Source: Raillietiella orientalis
Taxonomy: Eukaryota
Reading direction: 5' to 3'
Length of the DNA stretch: 64,000 bases
Assembly (NCBI GenBank): GCA_036172245.1
Contig: JAYWIR010000015.1
Location: 3,844,001 to 3,908,000 of the forward strand
The notes beneath the pieces were generated by a model. It was given only the letters and a program-made list of their open reading frames with translations, did no database searches and was not told where the DNA came from. How positions within the stretch are numbered: position 1 is the first letter of the stretch; each line of letters begins with the position of its first letter. Below, piece by piece: positions 12,954 to 23,100 of the stretch. The position numbers were made by a program, and so were the translations under genes.

Positions 12954-14076
12954 GGATTTTGATCGTTCGAAATCCCGAACGATCAAAATCCCGAAGGATC
13001 GCACGAGATCAACGCGTGTTGACTCTGCACAGATGAATGTACAGATTTATTTTACTATGCATAGCCATCCATAGTTATTAACGTAACAATTACTAACAGA
13101 AATATTATTGAAACGGATACATTTATTAAGATTCAGGGACATACATTTTATTAATGGAATAAGTTGTTGATTATGTTGTTGATAGTTATTTGTACTTATT
13201 AACAGGCAGATTATTAACAGTAATATTATTGGAACAAAAACATTTATAAAGATTCAGTGGCATACAATTTATTGATAAAATTGATAAGTAGCTGATTATA
13301 TTATTGATATAAATATATATTATATATATTAAATATTATTCTTATATGTATGTATATATGTAGAGAGAGAAATATGCATCAATGTTTCTATATATATATG
13401 TATGCATTTACATTTGTATATATATATTTACACACATATTTATATATAGCTATGCACATATTTATATTGATATTTACATCTTTATGTACATATTCGTATT
13501 CACATATATGTAGTCATACTATCTGGAAATATTGATGCACATAATTAGCGTATGTATTTATTTTTTGTCACCTTTGATACAAATTTCAACAGCATGATCA
13601 ACAACTTATCCATTTTATTAATAAGGTGTATGTCAGTAAATCTTAATAAACCCAACTGTTCCAATAAGATTATAGCTTATAATATGTGCGTTAATAAATA
13701 TGAATAACTATGCATTTTAAAATAAATTTGTTTATTAATCCACATGGAATAAGCACATATATTTAATTTTTATAATCATCATATATATGAATTTATATAT
13801 TAATATATATAATGAGTATGTGTATTCATTTATTATAATCTTTGTAGTATGCATTAAACCATATATTAATTCTTCACAGATATACACATGTATATATCGA
13901 TACATATCATAAGCACATATGTATTTATTTTTATAATCGTCATGATAAATGCATCAACAATAATAATTCGTACATTAATAAATATGGATTGCTATGCTTA
14001 TTTGCTAAATTTGCGTGAAATATTAATCTGTGCAGAGTGAGCACACGCGTTGATCTCGCGCGATCCTTGGGGATTT
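12954..14076. mobile_element. AT-rich foldback/MITE-like element with ~50-bp terminal inverted repeats
   Basis: 12986-13034 (aaatcccgaaggatcgcacgagatcaacgcgtgttgactctgcacagat) is the near-exact reverse complement of 14026-14076. The interior is extremely AT-rich, with two direct ~120-bp subrepeats (~13075-13310) and an inverted copy (~13585-13700). Confidence 0.75.
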
Positions 14077-14149
14077 CTCTGGGTCCAGGATTTTGATGAA
14101 TCCCTGATCCGACAGCGAACGCAGCAACGCACCCTCTGCCTCCCGTTTG

Positions 14150-17100
14150 ACGCGTGCCAAATGCCGCGAGCGCGAAGGACCGGCCGGACGACCTCGGGAC
14201 CAGAGGCGATGCGGCACCGCGCGCGCGCTGTTGGAACCGCCTCAGCCACCCCCGTCGTTTGGCACGGGAACGGAAACGGTGGACTTGGCTCTCGCAGCCT
14301 GAGGGCCCATGGGCGCCCACCGCCATCATCGAGCGCATGCGGGGTCACTGCCTTGGGCAGCAAAGGGAGCTCCCGCAGCGCAGGTTCGGCGAGCAGCTCA
14401 AGAACGGCATCCCGTTGTCTCCCTGCCCCAAATCGGGACTCGTCCGCGTCCCGATTCCCGTGTGTCCTTCCCAGCTGCACCCGGCCAGCAGCGAACCCCA
14501 CCCCATCCACGCGCGGGGAGAGAATCCGCGCCCGCCTGGATGAGCAGGAACTCTGCGACCCCTGTCCCTGAAGCTCAGCGGACCTCTCCCACACCGGTCC
14601 CGTTTAGGGGACTCGGGATGCTCGCCCCTCCGAATGGTCGCACGGGACGCGTTGCCAGCGGCTTCCTCGTTCACCTGGGATCCTGCTATTGCTGCCCCCC
14701 AGCTCCACCCCTGCGTTCCCGGAGGCCCAGAGCATGGCGAGCAGCTCTGCGCCATCCTCACTCGTCCTCATCTCCGCACCTGCTGTGTCTGCGCGGAATG
14801 GCGCCCGGCTGCTCGTTCTGCATAGTAACGGAATCCGGCCACCTTGCGCGCCCGACACGCGACTCGCCGTCGCGGAGAGCCGCGTGCACCTCACCCCATC
14901 CGCACGGGAACGAAGGTTCTGCCGGCGGCGGGATACTGGCGAAGATGCGGCACATCGCTGCGTCGTCCAGAGGCTCCCCGCTCGGGAGGAGCGACGGCGC
15001 CCCTGGAGGCTGCTGGCAAGAGCTTTCACATTCTGCGCCGTTCCGCCCGACAGGCCGCGAAGCCCGGATGGATCTGGAGAGCATCGGGATCTCGACGGGA
15101 TTCGCTTCCCTCCCTCGTGGCCCCGAAGATGGTCAGCTGATTGTCTTCCTTCCTCCGCTATAGCACTTTCCGCCGCCCCTCGTTAGCGAAAGCGGAGCCC
15201 CGGTCGCCACTTCCCTCCCCGCAGAGACTTCCTTCATCCCTCCAGAGCCCGTCCCGGGAAAGAAGGGGGATGGGGAATCCGGGATTCGTTCGCCAGCGAG
15301 ACGTCGCGGGCAGCTTCGGCGCGTCCTCTCGCAGGCGGAAAGGCGCGTTCCCGGCTTCCGCGGATGCCGCACAAGAGCCACTGATCGATCTCTGGGAACG
15401 CGGGGGGTTCTGCCCCGCGCCGCGCTGCAGCCTGCGGGACGTCCTTCTTTCGCGCGACGGAGAGGGAGGCGGGAGGAGCCTGGGTGAGTGGACTACCGGG
15501 TGCATTCGCCACGTGCGCTCCCTTGTCCAGAGTGGACTCCTCGTCCGGCGTCGAAACCGCTTGCTCAGCCGACTGCCCCTCCCCTCCTCCCCAATTTGGC
15601 GCGGCTCCCGCCGCCGTCTCTCGGGAAACGGTTCCTGGTGCCTTCCTTTCCCCGCGAGACTCGTGCCTGCTTGAGGAAGGGGGAGGCGGGGGGGGGCACT
15701 TTGTCTCAGCCACAGGTCCGTTCCTCGAGCCCGCGAGTGATGCCCCCCATCTATAATTCACGTGCTGATGCGCCTCCTCTATCCGTCCTGCCGGGTCCCA
15801 CGGTAGCCGCTCCGCAGGCTGCCTTGCATCCGGTTGGCAGTTCAGATTATCCTGCATATTAATTGAGGATTCTAATTAAGGAAGAGGATCGCGCCATAAT
15901 TCAGTTCCAGGAGATGAACTCTGAGAGCCAAGAATGCACGATGAGTATTCATTATTGATGCTGTTTTACGCACGATGACTATCCATTATTGATGCTGATT
16001 CGTGAACTCCCTCGCAACCCTTTTGGAGATTCATCTCCCCCTCCTAACTCTCGTTCCCCGGTGCCGAGCCAGCGGGGATGCTGCCGCTCGCTTCTGCGCG
16101 GTCGTTTGGCTACCGAAGGGAGCTCTCGAGGAACGCCGACGGGCCTCATCGGAAGAAGCGGTGGCGAAGCTTCCCAGTCGAACCCTGGCTCACGGACACG
16201 TGACGTCACCGAGGATGCTCGGGCCCGCGCCCGGGCTTCGCGTCGTCTTCGCCGCGGAAGAGAGCCAGCGGCGACCCGCTCATCCGCGGCCATCAAAGCA
16301 CGGAGGAGAGACCCCTTAGATCCGAGGCGGGTTCCGAGGCGGAGAACAGCATACTCACAGTAGAGATGAGAAGAGACAGAGGACGAGTACCTGGCTGGCA
16401 GGCTCACCAGAGTGGACGCCTCGCGCCACCCCCACCCCGGCTGCGGCTTCCTGGGGCACGTCCCACCTGGGTCGGGCAAACCCAGGGTTCAGGCAGACCT
16501 CGCGGACTTGGCAGTTGATCCGTCCGTCTGCAACACATCCTGGCGCAACAGTTCCCACAGATGGACCGCTCGATGCGAGCAGACGAGTGACGGCCCGCGG
16601 CGAGTAGTCTCCGCTCGTTGTGCGTAGCGTTGCGGGTTCAAATCTCTCCAGGGGTAGGATCGACGCCGAGAACGAGGGGTGCGTCATGAGTTTGGAGTCT
16701 CCTCCACAAGATGACGGTGGTTGGCCCAGTGCGCAACTCGTGTAAGCCGGTAACAGGATGCCCCCATTGAGTCGCCCTCCGGGATCCTTCCAGGAATCAA
16801 GGAGCCGTTCCCCTCCGGTTGTGAAAATGGAGCCGTCTCCTCCCCCCTTCGGAAGGAGGCCCTCCATCACGTTCCATAGAGCTGGTCGATGCCCCCGTCC
16901 TGGGGTCGGTTGCTTCTCCAGAGTGTCGAAAGCGGGCTGCTCCTTTCGAGAAGCGTCCTTCAGAGAAATCGGGAAGCATCCCTTCGGGGTTCTCTTCGGA
17001 AGAGGAAAACAAGGAGTGGTTCCCTTGCGGATGCCCTCCGGAGAAGAAATCAGGAGTGACTCCCTCTGGGCGGTCCCTCCGGAGAGAGTAAAGAAGAGAT

Positions 17101-17891
17101 TCCCCTTTGAGGTTCTTCTACGAAGCGTAAGAGCGGACTCCTTTTTCCGGAGCCTTCCTGGATTCATAGGGTGGTCCCTCTGGGGTTGCTCCCATAAATT
17201 GAAGGGACTATTGAGCTGGGGTGAGCTGCTGGGAATCCTACAGGAAGACCTGGAGTGGCTTCCCGTGCTGAAGAACAACCGGGTCCTCCTCCTGAAGTGG
17301 CAGGAGTCGGCACTTCTGCTGTTGCACTAGGGTCTCCCGTGCAACGCCTGCCGGTCTCACTGGATCCGAGGGGCTGTGGACCCCAACTGTTGCAGGTGTA
17401 GGGAGCAGAACCCCTCCCGCACCTGTCCGTGGACTGTGTTGACCTCCGGCTCCTGTGGTTGTGTTACGCAACGTCCCTTGGTGCACCGATTGGCAATCCC
17501 AGGGATGTCTCTTCTTGCGCGATGTCCTTTCGCCTGCCGCATCCTTAGCAGCCCTTTGCTGCTGCCTACGCGGGATTGTGACGGCCTGGAACTACGTGAG
17601 AGGAGGGCGGAGCGACAGGGACGTCATCTGCTTCGCCCTGCGCTTCATGAGGACGGCAGCTAGATGGCCCCACCTGGGGCATACTCAGAAGGAACTTTCT
17701 GGAATCCTGGAAAGGATGCAGAGGACGCCCTCCAGAAGACAGTGATTCCTTCCCGTGCCCTCCAGAGATTTTTTGTTGTTGATTTTTATTTTATTTTGCC
17801 CTTCCGTGCCGGTTACTCGGCAGGTTCCGAGCATTTTGGGACGATGTAGGACCGATGGCCCTGCACATATAGGTTTATTTTTTATAATAAA
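14150..17891 (+). mobile_element. Decayed L1/Tx1-type LINE, copy B, interrupted by a SINE-like insertion
   Basis: ORF1-like GERIRARLDEQELCDPC; APE-endonuclease-like LLVLHSNGIR, SAGGGILAK, PLIDLWE; post-RT VWLPKGALEE. A zf-RVT-like H*GLPCN...DPNCCRC /fs/ EPLPHLSVDCVDLRLLW lies at ~17325-17460, followed by ICFALRFMRT..RWPHL..ELSGILERM and AATAAA at 17886-17891. Confidence 0.65.
16570..17210 (+). mobile_element. Dispersed repeat copy 3 (longest; putative tRNA-derived SINE)
   Basis: B-box-like ggttcaaatc at 16635-16644. The body aligns by eye to both 40-300 and 4194-4500. Confidence 0.65.
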
Positions 17892-17914
17892 CATCCCGAC
17901 GTGACGGGGTGATA

Positions 17915-18000
17915 AACCATAACTTGAAGAGTTAGAGCACCCTCAGGTGGCGTGGGCGATGCTTCAAGAGCTTCGAGATCCCCTAGGCGAACAGTTCTTG
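17915..18000 (+). mobile_element. Dispersed repeat copy 4 (3' fragment)
   Basis: ccataacttgaagag...tgcttcaagagcttcgagatcccctaggcgaacagttct resembles 296-383 and 4486-4573. Confidence 0.55.
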
Positions 18001-18529
18001 AGGACTTGGCCACCCTGCGGTCAGGCTGCGGGACATGCAGATGCCCTTTCGTTCTGTGCATGGCGTGGGCGACCTCTTGGTTCGGGTGAGCCGCCCGCCT
18101 TCATCCCTCGTCCTCTCCTGCCTCTGAGATCCCTCCCTCCCATCTCGTTAGGTAGATGGAAGGAGAATTGTGAGGGAGATGGAAGGGGAAGAGGACTGAG
18201 AATGTCCTGCTCCTCGATCGAATGCTTCCCGCCCATCGTCCGGCGGCATTCGAACGCAACACTCCCGCTGCATCTTCCCCTATCCCGGTTGTCGAAACGT
18301 CTGCTTCGCTACGATCTCTTTTAGGGGTCGGAAGCTGGAGAGTAGATAGGCGGATGAGGAACCTTCGTTGTTTTGCCGGCGTGAGTTCGAATTTTCCCGG
18401 TTTCCAAGGCAATTTGGGCACAGAGGCTGGAGCTTTGGAATCTGCTGGGCTCGCACTGAAAGACTCCCCGTGCACCGAGGATCAGAGAAAAGGATGCATC
18501 CAGCATCAGAGACTCTGAAGACGGCGTCC

Positions 18530-19570
18530 GATGTGTGAGGAACATTCGAGAGAGCAGGTTGCTTTGGAGGATAACAGAGTGACAACGGAGGACCGGGAAG
18601 CTTCTCGAAAGGAAGCCGAAGGGGGAGGGAAGAGAAAAACAAAAAACGGAATCGTCTCGGAGACTGGATACTTGGCAACGGCGACCGACGCACGGAATGC
18701 TCTTTTTGATAGCAGCTTCTCAGGCGAAGGGGGGAGGACCTTCTGCCGCCGCAGAACAAGGATGGGGATACCACAACCCGGAGAGGATTTCCTAGCTGCT
18801 TTGTGATGGGGGAGCTGAAGGGCCGCTTTAAGTCGAACGGGACTCTTTAGGGCTCTGGTCGAAGGTGCAGAGAGCCGCCAAAGAGGCTCGAACAGCATCT
18901 CGGTCCCTCCCTCCCATTCTGGGAGAGGATCCGGTAAGGGAGAAGGGGGGGGGGCAGAATGCTCGAGAGGGGAACCTTCGGGTCAGAAAGAGAGAGGATG
19001 GAAACCCACGAAGAGAAGCAGCAAGAGGACGGAGAGATCTTCCCGGTGACCATCCCGCCGACTCCCGGAGGACGGGAGCGTCCCGAACCAGACCTCAAGG
19101 CCTTTATGATGGGGCGGGCAGCTGCTGTCCAGAGACGGGGAAACGGCCGGATCCTTAGAGCGATCTCACATGTCTCTGGGAGTAGGGCGCCGGTGGAGAC
19201 CACTGAACGTGGGCGATCCGTAGGGTATCAGACCCGATCTCCCTCACCCATCCGAGTTGGGTGGAGGGGGACCGGGCAATCCCATGCATGGGAGGGGCCG
19301 CTTGCGTTGAACAGGAACGCCCTTCTGGACGGGAGCAACTCTTGACGGTGGTTGCGCTCTCCATGCGGGCGGGGTTGCCACAGTCGCACTTCCCTTTGCT
19401 GGGGAACAGCGAGGTCTCTCCGTTGCCAGCTGTGACACGAATCGACCCCGAGCGAGCGAGGAGGCGACCTCGGAGCGGCGAGCAGCCTCCACCTTCCGTT
19501 CGCGATCTCGAAAATTCTATGGGAACGGAGAGGTCTCATTCGAGCAAGAGGGTTCATGGAAACCTTTGAG
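18530..19570 (+). mobile_element. Possible Ty3/gypsy gag-protease-RT-start relic
   Basis: Weak colinear motifs: FCRRRT...PGEDFLAAL (gag), SHVSGSRAPV...VGYQ...GNPMHGR (protease C-terminal part), VALSMRAG...SPLPAVTRIDPE (pre-RT). Confidence 0.3.
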
Positions 19571-20109
19571 CTTAGTAAGGAAAGATTCGAGAGATGTTCA
19601 GAGCGCCTTGCCTGCCTCTCCCTCCGTGGTCTGGGAGACAGGAAAAGCGGAGAGCTGGAGCGCGCTCTCCTCCCGAGTTTCAAGCGTTGGTCGCAACGGC
19701 ACCCCCTCTCCCCCCCTCTCTCTCTCTTCCGCCGTCACCCCTGGTCTCTGGAACTTCCCGCTCCCGCAGATTTATTGGTTGCTCCCCTCCCTCGGGGATT
19801 GCAGACGGACTTTCGGTGACTCGAAGGGTCGAAGTGCTTTCGGCATAAATTAGAAGAGAGAGAGGGGGGGGAGCGAGGAGGAGAATGAGCGAACAGAGTT
19901 GCCCCAGTCTTCGGGAGGAGGGTGCATCTGGCACCGATCCCACTCCCCCATTCCTTTTTTCCCCGCTTTTTCCTTCGTTACTCTTCCGGTACGGCTGGCT
20001 GGCAGCGCGCGTCGGCGTGTGAGATCTTTCAGAAGGTGCGAATGCGGGAGAGGGGGCGCCCCGGTGATCCCCCGTAAGTGACGTCTTCCTTGCAGAATGG
20101 GGGGTCTCC

Positions 20110-23100
20110 TCACTGGTTGTTCCTGGCCGGGGGATGCGCTATGAGTTCCGTGGAGTAGGACCGGGACCGCTTGCTCATCCTCAGGGCCACCCCGAGGACC
20201 ACCAGCCCGACGACCAGGATGAGGCAGATGACAAAGAAGACCCAGAAGAGGATGTCGTAGCGCCACCGTTCCATCCAGGTCACCCAGCTGGACAGGGAGA
20301 CCACGTATGGGACCGTGTCCTCCCAGAACTTGGATTCCTGAAAGAAGAAGAAAAAAAAGTCGTTCCGGGTACCTTCGGGGGCGGCGAGTAATCCCCGAGC
20401 CGGGAGGGCGGAGAAGAGGGGGCTACGAGGGCAGGTCTGCACCGCTCGAGCGCATTCGGCGACACCGAGGTCGAATCCGCCCTCTGACCTGTCATCTCGT
20501 GGTGGACCACTCGCAGGAGATATAGGCTCCGGAGAGCCCTGCGTCGGTGAGGAGGGAAAGGGAAGATGGCACCTCTCTCGTTACCACCCGTCGTCAAGGG
20601 TGCGGAGGTGACCTCGGCTACGACGCGTGCGCCTAAGCACACCAGAATGGGGAAGAATGGGAAGCGCGCAGTGGCGACATCACGCACATCCCTTTCAACA
20701 GGCGGTCGTCGTAGGTCTTCTTGGAGAGCGGGAGAAATAAGACCAGCGTGGGGAGGACAGGCAGGAGCTGAGTAGCAGCGGAGCCCCACAACAGTGCGGA
20801 ACAGGATGAGGGAAAGAGGAGAGGGAAGATTCAGGAAAGGAACCTCGTTTTATTCTCTTGCTGCCTGGAAAGCATGGAAGGATCCGGGAGGACAGCAGCC
20901 CCACCCTCCCCGGACGAGCGAGGCAGAGCAGAGGTGTTCTACGTCGAAGCGAGAGGGTGCCGCTGTACTCTCGTGGGAACGGACCACGAGGAACTCTCCC
21001 CTCCATCGTCCTTCTCGCAGGACGGAGACGGGAGGATGGGTCTCCTGGAGACACAGAAGGGGATGTCTAGGATTGGGGGGGAGGAAGAGGAGGAACTTGG
21101 AAGCTCTTGTTCCAAGAACGGGAACTCGCTAGCAACTGGGAGCCAGACTCATAGAAGACCGAGGAGCGGAAGAGGGAAGCAAGGAGCAGGAAACTCGGAG
21201 GTGGGAGAGAAAGGGGGAGGATGCTGGGAACGGTGGTCCATCATCCCCAGACGGGGGAGGTCTATACGAAGAGGCTGCAAGGGATCGGGGCTGGTGCGTT
21301 TGCTTTTCTGCTCCGGGAAGAAAGAGAACGAGCGAGAAGGAAGCAAAGTCCAGGAAGTGCCAGGAACCCAGGAGAGAGGGAGGCGCGGCGTGAGTGCGGG
21401 CGCTGCCTGGCGAATGGAGAGCATCTGGACAGGGAAGTAGGGGAGGGGATCCGCTCGTGGCCGATAAGCCTGCGGCCCGCCCTGCTGGAAGGAACATGGG
21501 AGTCGGCCATGACCTGCTGCTTGTAGTCCAGAACCATCGGAGCCGGGAAGAAGGAGATGTTGTAGGAGATCCTGTTGCTGCGCGTGGAGGGCAGCCAGAG
21601 AGGCCGAAGAACCGGGATAGCGCTCATCCGCGGGATCCTGGAGGAAACACATAAGGCAGGAGATCAGCCTCCTCCTCCTCCTCGTCTTCCAGCTGCCTCG
21701 CGATCGACCGGGTCAGCCGGGGTGGGTGATCCGAGGAAGTGGAGGTCGAAGGACACGCGCTGGCTACGTACCCGAACTGGGCGAACGTTGCCCATGCCGT
21801 GCACAGGACGAAGGACATCTGCATGTCCTCACGCTGCAGTCTGCCCACGGGATGACTCGTGGCGATCTGGAACAGGTACGACAGCTCGTCTCCGTGAGAT
21901 ACGGCTAGAAGGCACGCAAGATGACCCTCATCCCTTTTCCTCCTCTTCACCGCCGGGAACAGCGGCATCACACACCTACCCGTATAGAACAGTGGGTCGT
22001 TGAGGCCGACCTTCTGGGCTTCCTGGATGAGCCTGAAGGCCCACGTGGGCGATCCCAGGGACCGATATGAGAAGACGTACGAGAAGACCCCGGTTTGCCC
22101 GGTATTCTTCTCCGTGAGGTCGCGCAGGGTCTTTTGCACGCAGGAAGTCACGGTCATGTCCGTCAGCATCTGGAAGGAAGAACCCCCCAGCTGCAATATG
22201 CCAGGAGCAGCGCGGCGAGATGGGCTTGTAAGGCGAGACCACCTCCTGAGCTGTTTGTGGGAAGGGTAGCTGGGCCGAGGATACCTGGGGCGTAGCAGGC
22301 GACCCCAGAGAAGTGCCCCCATAGCCTTCCCAAGACGAACACCATGTGGCACGTGAGGGAGGCACAGAGTTCAGGAGTCTTGCAGGGACACCGTCGAGAT
22401 ACCTTCCCCCCCCGACGAGGTTCCTGCTGGAGTGAGTGAGGCGAAACAAAAGGCGACTGGAAGAGCAGTCGGTCCATCTTATAGGACGGTTGCAGAGAGG
22501 ATGGAGGCAAGGAGGGAGCCGATCCCCGCCTTTTTTCAGTGGAGCATGCAATAGGGTCTGTTGACCCGCATCCTGGAGAGGAAGGACACAAGTCCAGTGA
22601 ACCCGGTGACCCCACCAAAAGAGCGTCAACCGAAATTCCGCTTAGGAAGAGAAGGATGGATGGAATGTGGATGTGGATGGATGGCAGTTGACCAGATGCT
22701 TCAGCCGAGGCGGCGGAGAGCAAGTGATGGGTGGAAACTTGAATCCGGGAAGCAAGTATGCTCCAGGCGTCGGGGAAAGAGCGGGACGGGGAAGCTGTGA
22801 GGAAGGAAGCGAGTGACTTCACGAGCTCACGCCGGCTGCCCTTCGTGCATCCTCTTAGACGTCCATTTCCGCTGAGATGGGCTGCAAGCCCTCTCTGATG
22901 CGGTTCAGACGTCGATTACTGACGAATATGCCCGATTGCCCTAGAACTTTGGGTCGTCATAGTCCTAGTCTGTGGCCACTGTCGAAGCACCGTGGAGCGC
23001 TCTCGGGTGCAAGGCCCAGGCAGTCCAGCCGGTTCCAGAGTGACTCCCCTGTGTTCCCTTGGATTTGGTGCTTCTTGGGAGTGCGAGGATGGGGGAGTAA

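Noticed and set aside
16600..16660. tRNA gene at the B-box-like motif
   Set aside because: No cloverleaf or acceptor stem could be folded; better explained as a SINE head.
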